DNA from: Tubiluchus corallicola
Taxonomy: Eukaryota > Animalia > Priapulida
DNA: 64,000 nt
Assembly: GCA_030141605.1 (NCBI GenBank)
Contig: JAQGDQ010000150.1
Span: 232,627 to 296,626 of the forward strand
Direction: 5' to 3'
Under the pieces are notes generated by a model, which saw only the letters and a program-made list of their open reading frames with translations, was not told the DNA's origin and did no database searches. A program made the position numbers and the translations under genes. Below are positions 24,901 through 36,500 of this stretch, piece by piece (positions within the stretch are counted from its first letter, which is position 1; the number at the start of each line of letters is the position of its first letter).

Positions 24901-27450
24901 TCATAATCTACTGAGTAAAGATTTCTAGATGTATGTGTTTTAAGAATTATTGTTAGTACAATAGAATTGTATTAAGAACTTTCAATTGTTCAAGTGTTTC
25001 CCTTGAGTGATGTAGTAGGTAATTCAGTCATGATATCATTAGCTGATTTAATTCATGTTTTTTCGACTTCACACTTTTTTTCACTTTCAATGACAATGAA
25101 TTCAGTGAGTTGGGGCTGCGACCGCCTCCACCACCGATACCAATAGAATCCACTGATCGTTTCCCATTAATTAACACAAGTAATGTTGTTGCCTCTCCTT
25201 GGGGAGGACAAAGAATAAATGTACAAAAAGCTACACTGGTGTGGTACCAATATGAATATAAGAGTAGGTAGGTGGTGGGGCATATGATAATGCCATTATC
25301 ACATAAGGTAGACAGGTCCTTAAAATCGGCCGAAAACTTGATATCGATATATGTGGATGGCCTTTGGGCCCAGAAGTAACACATAAGCTAGACAGACTGT
25401 AGGCTTAATTATTAGCCAACATAGATCCTGTTGAAATGCTCATAATCAGTAAACCATAGTCATTGGCCTTACACAGCTATTTAACTAAAAATAGAAGTGT
25501 TTGTATCCACGCTAAGCTTAAACTGATAAAAACCAATCCAATGTTTGTTTATATTGTAACATCCACGTAAAATGCTCAGCTATCAGCAGGCGACATAATG
25601 AATCACAGTAGAGGTGACTAGAAAAGCAACTCACGTGGTGCTTTTATGAAGGGACTTTTTTTACATAAAATACTGACGTAATCCTAGAAATATCAGAGTT
25701 TAAGCACTGAAGTTTACTCTTTTCTGATAAAATAATTGCTGTGCAGTGTGACTCACACTAAGAAACTTGTGCCGGTCTCAAAAGAAAGTGTTCTTTTCAC
25801 CATAACATCATACCCGTATTGTAGATTTCATTTCGATCTTGTACATTCACTCAGACAATTGTCATCAGCTGTAAGGAGACTGTTATAGTGAACAAATTTT
25901 CACTCAGACAATTGACATCAGCTGTAAGGAGACTGTTATACTGAACAAATTTTCATGGTACCTTGATACTCGTTATAAGTGGATTATACTTTAGTATAAT
26001 TATGCAATTGTCTTCACAGTGATGCTTAGTCAACTCAAATTCTGTTGCTCTAAATTAGTTTACATGAGACCTGCAGTCATAAAGAAAATTTGTTTTTTTT
26101 TGCATTTCAGTGGTCCAACCTTGTTCATGGTCCTCACCAGGGAAAATGCCATTCAAGGATGGCGAGGACTTATTGGGCCAGCAGATCCAGTGGAAGCTAA
26201 AGAACAAGCCCCTGATAGGTATGTAGTTTTAACTAACACGGATCTATTAAAGTATAACGTGGAAAATTATTTCTTATTTTAGTGCTAAATGGCTTGCATA
26301 GTTTCAAAATATGTTTTGCAGTTTGAGAGCTTTGTACGGCGAAGATATTGTGAAGAATGCTGTGCATGGAAGTACTGATCCAAACATCGCTGCAAACAAA
26401 ATTAGAGAATTATTTGAACAAGACATAGTAAGTTTATTGGGAATAAGGAATTTACTGTAAGGTCAAATTTGTAGTGTAACTGGAGGTTATTCTTTTCAGT
26501 GTAACTTCAATACAGATATTTTAGTATATAAAAAACTAAAACATTTCTGCACATTGCAACTATCACTGCAAAACAAAAATACTTAGTGTAGTTCTCGTTT
26601 AATTCAGGAGCAAAGTGGGAAAGTGACTAAACAAGGAAAAAACAAAGGAGCTGAAAAACTAATTACAATTGATGAAACTAAAACTGGCATCATAAGCGAC
26701 ACAGGCAAAACCAGTCCAGAATCTGTGCCTTATGCAGAAACCTTATCAGCTAATGATACTGATGAAACTTCTGGTAAAAAAAGTGTTCGAATTAATGTAG
26801 ATTCCAAGAACAGATCTGGTAAAAATAGTCCAACACCTGGGGCACGTCCTGCAAGCAAAACTACAAAAGATAGCCCTGAGCCGACTCCTCGTTCTGGAAG
26901 CAGAGGTGGTAAAGCTACACCAGAACCTAAACCAGCAAGTAAAGCTGGTAAAATTAGCCCAGAAACAACACCACAGCCCAAAAGGAAAGCTGGTAAAGGT
27001 AGCCCAGAATCGACATCACGTCCTGGAAGTAGAGCTGGTACGGATACCCCAGAATCTATGTCACAGCCTATAAGCAAAATTGGTAAACCTAGCCCAGAAT
27101 CTGCACAACATTCTGCTAGAAAAGCTGGTAAAGTTAGCCCAGAATCTATGGCACGCCCTACCAGCAAATCTGATAAAGCTACCCCCGAACTTACGCCACA
27201 TCCTACAAGTAAAATTGGCAAAAGTAGTCCAGAATCTGCAGAACGGCCAGCTAGTAAGGTTGGTAATACTAGTCCAGATCAAGTACCAGGTCCCAAAAGC
27301 ACAGCTGGTAAAAGGAGACCAGAAGCTACCCCAAACCCAGAAAACAAAAGTGAGAAATCTGGCTCAAGTCCTGCGAGCAAAATTGGTAAAACTACACAAG
27401 AAACAAGTAGAGCTAATAAGACTACTCAAAAAACTAGTTTAAAAAGATAA
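476..27450 (+). CDS. NME8: Thioredoxin domain-containing protein 3 / NME8-NME9 family (Trx + 3 NDP-kinase domains + repeat tail; axonemal outer-arm dynein IC1-like); 5' exon(s) lie upstream of the window
   Basis: Phase-consistent GT-AG exons: 476-579 (VDVYQDWAGPC...NFAI), 2517-2588 (AKANTIDLLKTYRGKCEPCFLFFA), 9358-9474 (SGVLVNAMHGINAPLF), 11398-11476, optional 13511-13543, 13902-13984 (TLAIIKPD), 16428-16520, 17243-17397 (MSSGPS...WRKMIGP), 20007-20081 (LRAKYG...NALHGSDS), 20321-20430 (ELAFLFP...TLALIRPD), 21893-22037, 23023-23130, 23317-23468 (NQLHGSDS...TLACIKPD), 24072-24216, 26111-26218, 26322-26427 (NAVHGSTD), 26608-27450 (stop). About 830 aa in the window. Motifs match human NME9/NME8 as recalled (e.g. 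YRGKCEPxFLF, GxNAPL, ELAxLFP). Probably co-orthologous to both vertebrate paralogs. Confidence 0.93.
738..1590 (+). mobile_element. Helentron-associated non-autonomous element (HINE / DINE-1 / Pearl-like)
   Basis: T-run, then TAGGTCCCCT...AGGGGACCTA hairpin (742-775). Three degenerate ~98-bp internal tandem units (~1225-1500). 3' sub-terminal repeat CAGGGAACCTA (1556-1566), complementary to the 5' one with one mismatch, followed by a short imperfect palindrome and a T-run. This is the HINE architecture. Confidence 0.6.
2833..3008 (+). repeat. 5' LTR (176 bp)
   Basis: Direct repeat of 7713-7888 (173/176 identical), TG...CA ends, followed by the PBS. Confidence 0.96.
3403..7408 (+). pseudogene. 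Disrupted gag-pol polyprotein of the Gypsy element
   Basis: Gag (MDWS...GPL, QTEHESVDDF), partly deleted zinc knuckle, protease VDTGA, RT (LRVCLDPTDLN, FSKLDARHGYW, xxDD; in-frame deletion after FGRYRF), RNase H (DAS..GLGAVL, YANIEREML, TDHKPL), integrase (H-H-C-C, IGTDLF, ISDNG, SNGFIER). Frameshifts near 3740 and 6555; stops at 5591, 5957 and 6119. Start coordinate approximate. Confidence 0.93.
7713..7888 (+). repeat. 3' LTR (176 bp)
   Basis: Preceded by the polypurine tract; copy of 2833-3008. Confidence 0.96.
10567..11060 (+). mobile_element. Degenerate Tc1/mariner-type internal-deletion remnant
   Basis: TA|CAGGGTGGT ... ACCACCCTG inverted termini. Interior near 10710-10750 resembles a decayed SPDLxPLDYFFWG transposase motif. 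Confidence 0.4.
12958..13062. repeat. (TA)n microsatellite with degenerate TA/CA extension
   Basis: Uninterrupted TA run at about 12959-12992, then interrupted TATAC repeats. Confidence 0.9.
14986..15884. mobile_element. Foldback/MULE-like non-autonomous element whose termini are inverted arrays of a ~15-bp unit
   Basis: Left array of about 6 GACAnTTGGGCAY units (14986-15086). Right array of reverse-complement GTGCCCAAnTGTC units (~15810-15884). A related left end recurs at ~22660-22830. Confidence 0.5.
17663..19143 (+). mobile_element. Gag-only (pol-less) LTR retroelement, Mag-like, 1.48 kb
   Basis: 105-bp LTRs at 17663-17767 and 19039-19143 (about 9 mismatches). PBS TGGTGTCAGA at 17768 (tRNA-Leu type). 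PPT GAGGAGGAGGG just before the 3' LTR. Near-perfect 5-bp TSD CCCAC/GCCAC. Interior encodes only a disrupted gag. Confidence 0.88.
18132..18929 (+). pseudogene. Disrupted Gag with double zinc knuckle
   Basis: MADKIQMMNWN...EGLRRYNSW, then after frameshifts QTEHESLDDF...ERIIEQ (homologous to QTEHESVDDF...ERLIEI of the 2833 element) and CRCCGRDH...CPVRNSMCGACNKLGHWQKFC. Confidence 0.85.
19300..19800 (+). mobile_element. Decayed non-LTR retrotransposon (L2/CR1 group) RT C-terminal fragment
   Basis: Broken frames read KLLSIQIAANLTWN, YACQVWH and QKCSLKII, typical post-RT motifs of LINE ORF2. Boundaries approximate. Confidence 0.6.
22092..22536 (+). mobile_element. 5'-truncated L2/Crack-type LINE 3' end
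   Basis: YGKNSITKQAIQLWNSLPTSLKHSSSLSIFKSKLKKHL (ORF2 C-terminus), then a 3' UTR, AATAAA and a (CTA)n tail. Possible ATATAC TSD at 22086-22091 and 22536-22541. Confidence 0.75.
22660..22830 (+). repeat. Second copy (left end only) of the foldback-like element at 14986
   Basis: GACATTTGGGC/GAGCAC tandem units ending GCACCAATA and followed by TTTTTATTTTTGTTTA, as at 15080-15130. Confidence 0.55.
23558..23738. mobile_element. PIF/Harbinger-like MITE (~180 bp)
   Basis: Imperfect ~26-bp TIRs (TGGCACATTCAGGCTAACGAG / CTAGCTAGTCTATATGTACCA) flanked on both sides by TAA. Confidence 0.5.
24468..25991. mobile_element. Tigger/pogo-like non-autonomous DNA transposon (~1.5 kb)
   Basis: Perfect 21-bp inverted repeat GTATAATCCACTTATAACGAG (24470-24490) / CTCGTTATAAGTGGATTATAC (25969-25989), with TA two bases outside each end. 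Confidence 0.65.
25846..25955 (+). repeat. 53-bp tandem duplication
   Basis: TTCACTCAGACAATTG(T/A)CATCAGCTGTAAGGAGACTGTTATA(G/C)TGAACAAATT twice, 2 mismatches. Confidence 0.9.
26800..27402 (+). repeat. Coding 45-bp (15-aa) degenerate tandem repeat in the last NME8 exon
   Basis: About 12 units like RPASKAGKxSPExxx. The SP/TP prolines recur every 15 residues, with one 13-aa unit. Confidence 0.88.
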
Positions 27451-30400
27451 TTTTTATTTATATGTAATACACAGTCATAGCACTGTTGCACTTTTCACGT
27501 ATATGCATTATGGGTTAAGTATTATTTGTTTATGCGAAAGCTGTTTTGATCACTGCCAAAATCTCATGCAAGTTCATACATGTATGTGAAAATACTGCAT
27601 TGTTTTTAGCATAGTTTAGTTAATGTGTATGTGTGTGTGCGTGTGTGTAATCACTGTTAATCCATTATTACAATCAAAGAGTGCGACTATATTCTCAATA
27701 ACCTCGCAACGAAAATACCAGGAATTTTTTTATAGGCAATTACAACTTCATTTGGAGTTTATTAGTACTAGATAACTTTTCGTGTGAATGAACTAGAATT
27801 ATTTTGTTAAACTCTACAACAAAGAGATACTATTATAAACAATTACTAAATTAGCAAAGTATATTATTGTACTTCAACTGGCTGAAAAATTAAACAGCTC
27901 TGCCCGTTTTTGGAACAAAGTACCTGTATTTCTAGTCTAATACTTTCTGCGCGGACGATGCTTAATAATAATGGTAATCACTTTTTAGTTAAGTTGTAAT
28001 TGCCTTTAGGCTTACAAATGCAAAGCTGTTTGAAGAAAGCAGCCTTGCAGCAGTATTAAATGTATGGTTGCATATAATGATAAATAAATTTGCTAGAGAT
28101 ATATGATTTAAATTTGATAGAATTATGTAAAGGGGTGTTATTACAGAAAAAATTCAACTTCACATAAAACTAAAACAAAAGCCATGTTATTTAAGCATTT
28201 CTGTTTATATGTGCAGTCTTAAAACAGTGCATGCATAGGATTGTACTAAAATCACAATTATTGACAAGCTTTATCGGCTGTAGTTTCAAACAACCATTTC
28301 AAAATCACAGTTATCTGCAGGTCATATAAATGAAATTCTGAAAGCCAAGTCAAGTGTTATCAGTATCCTGCCACACTGAGTGTTATACGCAAAACAAAAA
28401 GATATAATTTAATGTACTGCACCATGACAATCACACGAAATAAAATGAACTTTTGTGAGTTTAACAGTGCATTATTACTAACTAACACACAACATATGCT
28501 TCAGTATAATTATTCGGTACTACTACATGATGTATGGCTGAAATATATATACAAAATTGTGGTGCTCGTGTCGTAACATGCGACAGACAAAATACATATC
28601 TTTAACTATTAGTACTTCTCAGAAAATAATGTGCAGCAATTTCTGAAGCACCAAAGTCAATACTGACAATGTCATTTGGTTAACTGCATTTACTCACTAA
28701 TTATCACATTGTATTCTAAAACGTAATAAAATAAAGCGAGCTGATTGTTTTTATTAGCACGCAATATTTTTTGAGGTTCTAAAACGAGGTATCGGTGGTA
28801 CATATGAAAAGTTGGAAAAACCAGTAGTAAGCATATTACCACATTCCGATGTTTCAGCATACAAAGGCATCACACAAGCCAGAACTCTCACACTATGAAA
28901 ACATTATTCTACTACATAGAGACAATGATTATGGATACTTAAGTTTACATGCAGTTATTTTAGTTGTGGAAAAGTTATTAGTTCACTTCCTTTTCCTGAA
29001 ACTTGGGATAACAAAAGCACCATTGTATCTACTAACTTATGCATATAAAGATACTACTAAGTAATAAGATCAGTGAGGCACTGAAAAATGGGACAGTACA
29101 ACAAATTGTCAGCATCCGCAATCATAAGAGCTGTCTAATTACGTGCAAGGCGTTCATGTAAACTCTAACACAGCAAACCAATAATACTAATAAAGTGACA
29201 CATACAAATTAAGTAAAAATAAATCGAATTAAGTTATAACACAACAAACTGAATCATACAAAACATATCATAGATAAATGAAATCCAGATTGACTGCAAA
29301 ATACTTGGGTAAACTGAAAAAAAGTTAATGTGTCCTTGATTTGGAAGAAAAATAATAATATTACTGGTTTAAAATTTTTACATATATAAACTGCCTATTA
29401 CTGCTCTACAAACCCTCCACAAACTTTTTTGCACGAATAGCAAAGTCTTGGATTGATTTGGCAACAAAGATAGCATCACATAGAGCAATATCACAAAAGG
29501 AGTCAAATGAGACAGTTACAGAAACAGTGCAAGTTAAATCTGTTATCTTGCAGATGTCACTGTATCTGACGAATGTTCAACTTTAAATAAAAATCTGAGA
29601 CTCAGCTGGTTTATACGAAAGACTATTTGGATGTATAATAACTACTAATTGTGAAATTTTCTGAAACCGTTTTACTGCTTTTTAGACTATTGCATGGTAA
29701 AATCAACATTAACCAGAGATTAAATACTTAACCACTCATTCTAACTGGATTATAAGTTGTAAAGTTTTAAAAATACATGTATATCAGTATGGCAAGATTT
29801 GTTAATATAGTTAATTTGGACTAATTTTTATGTGCAGGATTTAACCTAAACATTATTTGGCATTCCTGTTAAAGCTGCATTATTTTCATAAAACAAAATG
29901 GTAATAAAATCATAAACAACTAACAGATTAATAATGCATATACAATATGCACAAAAGTAATTACAGCGAGAAATTCAGTCCAGACAAATTAATTCTATCA
30001 GTTAATTATATTTAGTTTATCAGTTAATTATTCCACAATCACAATTATTAAATTTTAGAAACTAAAACCAGACCAAGGTTCTAACATGGAAAGTTGATCA
30101 GAAACCCAATTTTCATGACAGCTAGACCACACAACCTTTGTTATCAAGGCTGACATGCATTTCAGGTATGTTAATTTACTGTAGAATAATGTTGGTACGC
30201 TTTTTAATAACTAATTGCGGGAGGGGAACATTTTTTTTTTTTATCTAACAAAGGATGATAAAACTTAAGTTTGTTTCACCATTAGTTTCACACATGTATA
30301 GAGTGCATTGCTAAAACAAAAAAAACGTGGAGTGCCCGTAAATAAATTCATTCAGCAGTGATATCTTGGTTCTCTAGCAACTTAATCATTTTTAAAAATT

Positions 30401-33400
30401 ACAATTATAATTTCAATAATGATAAGCGATGTTAATAATGAAAAACAGCAGTGATATTACAAGTAAATAATAATAAAAAATCAATAATTCTATAAAATGC
30501 ATCACTTTCTCAATTTAATTTCTTGGTATGCACGCTATGACATTTTAGCTGGCAAAACACTTGTATTAAACAAAACTATTTTCCATTTAACAGTAAATGT
30601 CACAATTATGTTATTAAAAGTATCCACATCATATGCAACACAGAAGTTTTTGCAAGTATGCTGTAAAAGAAATTTGTCTTATGGCAAAAATTGTCCAGCC
30701 AACCTGTGAAATGTTTCATTTGAAACACTAATCAATTTCGGTAAAAATTACTACATATAACTAATCAGGCCACAGTAATACTATTTTGCGCTAAGATATA
30801 TCACGACTTGCTCATAGACGTCACACCATTAAATAACATTAATCTATAATCTGTTACTTTTTGATAAATAACACATTTTTGTACATATAAAACCGGATAA
30901 AATACATATAATGTAGCGTTTTCAAAGCTGTTTATACTCAAAAGCATGATATAAAAGCTATTGCAAGCAAATTTTAACAACAGCTTAGAAATGCTACATA
31001 CAATAATCAACAACAATAGTTAAGTTGGAGTATCAATGTCAATATGCTGCTCATAGGCACATTATTTCATCACAATAATAACTTTGCTGAATTCTATAAA
31101 ATAATATGGATATCACGCCACAAAACAATTAGTAATGAGCAATGGGTAACATGGAGGGAGAAGTGTTTAGAAAAGAAATGGACATGATTTAAGCACACTA
31201 GTATTTCATTGGAATCAATGGAATGTGGTACTGTATTTGGTAGTCAAATATCAGGTGAAGTTTCTAAAGAGAGGCTTTGAACTGCTTCCCTGATGACCAT
31301 CATCTATAATTCTATTTTGAATATGAGATACTAAGTGCTTTTATGAAAACATTAATTTGTTAATTGTAATTCATTTCCAAACAAATTTCAAATAGAAATA
31401 AAAGTTTGTGAAATTTATCAGAATATTAGAAAAAAGCGACATTCAAGTTACAATTCTACAACGGCTATGAATCAGCTATTGTGATTTGGGTCTCTACAAC
31501 TTTGTTATAAGGTTGCTCTCCACTCAAAATCACTTCACTTTTGTAAGACTTCCACTCAGGGAAGACTATACATCACCAAGCAACCCAGGCACCAGAATTT
31601 TCAATTAAGCAGAATTTCAAGGCAAAAAACAAAAATTTCCATTTGCAATTGTAGTGGCAATGAGACTTTTTTGCCATCATGATTTTGGAAAAAAACTTAC
31701 TAATCAGCCCCAGAGACTGGAGAATTCACTTTTAAAGATTTTAGAACCACAATAAAAGGCAGTCTCACAAAGATCATGAGTATTGCTTGTTTTTGTTTTA
31801 CAATAACAACACTATTAAATAGTTTAAAAATTGTGCACAGAAATCGCACTAAACTGTGCCAATTGCATGTTGTTCCAAACGTTACAATGTTGAAGAATGG
31901 AAGCTGAAGAGGTGAATTATTCGAAGCCACAATTTTAGGTTCAAATCAAAATATCAATTAAAAAAAACTCATTCAAACTTTCAATGCTCACCCTTAGCTG
32001 CAATTTCATGATATGATTTGACATACATTAAGAAAACTTGAACAGGAGATCATTACTGCAGCAACATCACACAAAGAATCTATCAGATGACATATAAGGC
32101 TTGCAAAGTGGACAGCAAAAATTTGTGAGATTCATGCCTGAACTGAACCGAAGGACAAATCCTAGTTAGACAACTGGATAGAAATGTTGGTCCAATATCC
32201 ATAAAATATCATAATCAACGACAGTTGAAAAACAAATTCCCTGTCATTATAAATGGATGGAAAAGATTACAAGACATGAAAGTCGGATTTGTGCTATTTT
32301 AGAAAGAACTGGCTTAAAGTGACATTTAACTATAGATTATGCAATGAAGAAGAGTGCAACAATTGATTTAGTTTAATACTATATGGGAAAGCACACATAA
32401 ATATAAATGACAAATGATATCACAATTTGATGCCAGTTATCACAAACACTGTTTGAGATCCCTGCAAATAAAAGCTTCATATATAAACACAAATAAATAA
32501 AAGTGCAGCACATGCAAGACCTGCAATTAACATATTTTTATCTATTGTGCAGGTGATGCTTATACTAGATTGCACGTATAAATTTGATAAACTAGAAACA
32601 GCGAAAAGTGAGAAAGGTAAACTTCACAAAACACCAAATTAAGTAATGAGAAAAGTACTTCAAAAATCCTTGAATACTTAAGAAATTTATGTTTTAAAAA
32701 CAATCATGGCAAAAATTGATAATACTGTTTACTATCTTACAGTACTTTTGTTTAAGTGCAACACAAGCTCAAGTTTTCTTTACTATTTCGGTGGACATCT
32801 TGACAAAAAGCACCACTAAAGAACTGGTTATGCAATCACATAGTTTGCAAGAAGTTGTTTAAAACCCCAAGATCAGCAATTTCTCAAAGCTAACATTCTG
32901 AATAGTTCAATGACAAAAGCAACAAAGAGTCTGCACACACAAACTTTGCCATAAAAAACACCTAGACAATGACAAGTGAGCAAATGGGTATTATATCACC
33001 CTTAACTTATTTACGTGTGGCCTCAATCACCAATTACAACAGAAAAGTTCCCTGAAATTCAGTCAGAAAAACTAGAAAGACCGATTTTAAGAAAAAATGA
33101 ATGGCACATTTGGATAGAAAACAGCCTAAAAATCTCAAACATTTACACATGATGGCTCTCACAACATACCCACTCTCACACATGAAGCAATCAATTCCAA
33201 AAATAAGAATACAACATTATTAAAATTATGATACACAAAACTGTGATATTCAGCATATACGACAGACACAAATGAGTATGTATGCAACTAGTGAAGACAA
33301 AATGCGTACTGACAAACAGTCAAAAATACACTAAGTGCACTGAAAATTCACAGGACTCTCAGTGAAAAAATATTACAATCATTGACAGCAAGACAAACAT

Positions 33401-33537
33401 GTAGACTAGAATGTATTGCCCTCATTTGCCATTGAAACTTATAAAATTGCTCTCACAAGAATATCTCCTCTTTTCAACATTACTTTAAAAGAAGTAATTC
33501 ATTATCATTTTGATGGCCTGCAAAGTAAACAAGTATG

Positions 33538-36500
33538 TTACTTACTTGCTACTGCGGAAGACTTAAAAATAGGTGACAACGAAGACCTCGCATTTTGACT
33601 GAACTTCTTCTCTAGTTGAGTGATACGAGAATCCATATTCAGCAACCAATTTTCAACCTGACGCTCCTCAGTCATCTCAGTCGGACACACAGACGAATTC
33701 CCTGTGTGTTTTTCAGAATTCTCAGAAACAACATTTTGTAGGCTGCACGACCGCTGAAGAATAGCTGGAGTAACAATAGCGATGTCTTCTTCACTAGACT
33801 TCATGTGATACAGAATATTTGGTGTGCTCTGAGACTTGATTAATTCCTGGTAATGTTGTTTATGGGAGACAGTGCCACCATCCTCTAAGTCACTTTGCAC
33901 ATCTGAATTACTTCCTAATAGACCATTTTTTGTTTTACATTTTCTTAAAACAATATCAATTGTGATTTGTTCCCCATCTCTGTTTGTAGCTTGATTGTCA
34001 TTTCCTAGCGAATATGCCTTTTTACCCTCTGATAAAGGAACTCCACTAACCTTCTGACCTGGCTCCTCAGGTATTGGAAAGGATACATCTACTGGACTTT
34101 CAGGTAGACACTTGACATTTTCAAAAGTTTCTGCCTTATAGGAATCAGATGTTGCAAATGGCTGTCCACTTTTTATAGCATTTTCATCAATGGATTTTGG
34201 GCAGTCCAGCCGAGTGTCACATAAGCCTTGTCCATTCTTGGTCAGCTTTGTCCAATCTTCATTAGTAGCTGCACAACCGTCAACGATCCTTAATAAAGAA
34301 AAAGTATCAGATGGAAAAAACACGTTGTAACAATGTAGTAGCTAACAGCGCAATGAGCTCAGTTTCTCCCTGGCTTTCTATAACAGCCTGCCTGCAGAAA
34401 AATTTGTTCACCAAAACATACACCTGTTAGTAAAACTTATCTCACTCATGGCAACTATGGCATCTTGTGTGTCAACAAGTGCATTCACAAGTAGGGCAAA
34501 ACAAATTGTAACTAACAAAGATTTTTTTTACAAACTTTCAGCATGAAAACAGCATTTCCTGTTTGTGGAGATTTTCACTGGAAAGGTTAACTTCCCATCC
34601 AAGCCAACCACAGTTAATGATTTTTATCTCTTTTTTATTGGAAGTCAATCAATAATGCAAGATAGTTATTACCTTTCATCTTCATTATCAGAAATAGAAA
34701 GAGACAGCTCACTATTCATAAGATTTCCCCACTTTTCTCGAGAAGCGAATTTATTTCTGAAAAATATCATGAAGTTTCTCTGTCAAACGTCTTCATTCAG
34801 GAAAAACATACAACATGATCTAACAACAGCCGATTACCCTAACTAAAATGACCTAGAAGCACTGAATGGACCAAGGTGTCTAAGTAAACCGATTTATAAC
34901 TCCTTTTCATAATATAGCTATAAAAACAAAATGGTAACTAGAATTTTTACAAAACTAAATGATAAATGCACTTACTCGAATGTGACCACATTATTATGCG
35001 TCAAATCATCAATCGCTGTCTGACATTTACATGCATAATTGGAAGGACCATCTTCCCTACAATTTTAAAGTTGCAAATAATACTTTGAACATTCGACGAT
35101 AAAAACACTTAAGACTTGTCTGGTAAACATATACTAATGATAACGCTGGTTAGACAATTACATAAACCTTATAAATTTGCACTTTTATAATAGTAAACTA
35201 AATAACCTTTAGAAAGAAACAAGTACAGTAAAGGAATTAGTGTTAGAAAGATTTACACTCGTGCACACACAGAAAGCCAAATCAACGCATACTCATCAGA
35301 TTGCAATATATTTTCCTTTCTTTCGAGCTGCTTTCGCAACAAGTCATTCTCTTGTTGCACTTCTTTGTATGTGGTCTCCATTTTGCTTAGCTTTTGCTTC
35401 ACATTGCTTAACTCAGATACTAGATTCTGAATATCACAGGAAGCATCCTATAATAATATGCAACAATTAGCAATAAAAATACTCGGGATGCAAAATAACC
35501 AGAGCTCTTTCATACAGATAAGCTTACAAAAGCACAACATATATTTCAAAGTTGACTATTCTAAAGCTTCTTCTTCTTCTTGTGCCCTAAGCTATATTAG
35601 AGGTACAGAATTAAGTAATACGGTTGATTTCAGCAATTTCAAAGCTGGACAATTCTGGTCACTGTTGAGGAATTCAGAGAACAGTGCACTCACCATTGCA
35701 AACAATAAAATCCACCCTAAGGTATTATGTCTTTAGAATCTGTCGACTTTTCGATCTTGAAAAAAGCAACGAACAACTTCGTAAACAAAACAGGGTTACC
35801 TACCATTTGCAAGTTATCCATAGACAGTTTCTGATTAAGATATTCCAGTTCACGATTATGTTTCTCTAAATCCTCAAGAGTGGATTGTAAATATTGCGTC
35901 TGTTGTTTCTCTTCGTCCAATTCTGCTTGCAGACTTGCATTCATGCTTTCTAGTTCAACTAAAATAAAAACACCAAAGCATACACAAGATACATGTTTCA
36001 ACAAATACTTATCAGCACGTATGCAATATAAATGCCCTTTCATTAAAAATACTTTTTTACGCAAATCTAAACAGTATTTCTTTACAAGTAAGATTCAATC
36101 ATAGTTATGTCATGAAATGAACGAATATGTAAAACTAAATTTTTTCAGCATTTTTTACGTATTTTTTACAAGTTCAAGCTAGCATTTGAGTAAAAGCCTC
36201 AAAATGTTTATATAAAATGCACGCATACTTTCGAAACTGATGTCAAATCCGTTGCGAGCTTTTTCAGCACGTTCTCTTTCCCTTAACTGTTGATTGATAA
36301 TACGAATCCTCCTAAAAAATTTTATTTGCAATAAATCGTATAAAAGCATGAAAACAATAAAAATTTAGAAAGTCTGAAAATTTTGCATTTCCAGGGGACA
36401 CATGCAAGTTTGAAAAACAAGTTATAACAATGATCATAAAAAATTAAATGCAGAGGCTAACATAGTAAAATGGTAACCAAACAATGACTTACAAATTTTA

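Noticed and set aside
26730-27442. Overlapping ORFs on both strands in the NME8 last exon
   Set aside because: Shadow ORFs caused by the repetitive codon pattern; no independent motif or splice support.
27451-33480. Scattered 60-76 aa ORFs in the region between the convergent NME8 and CCDC14 ends
   Set aside because: AT-rich, no motifs and no consistent splice chain. Most likely 3' UTRs and intergenic DNA.
35694-35757. Extra AG...GTGAGT block inside a CCDC14 intron
   Set aside because: Stops in all three frames, and the upstream intron would be only about 46 nt. The model is in phase without it.
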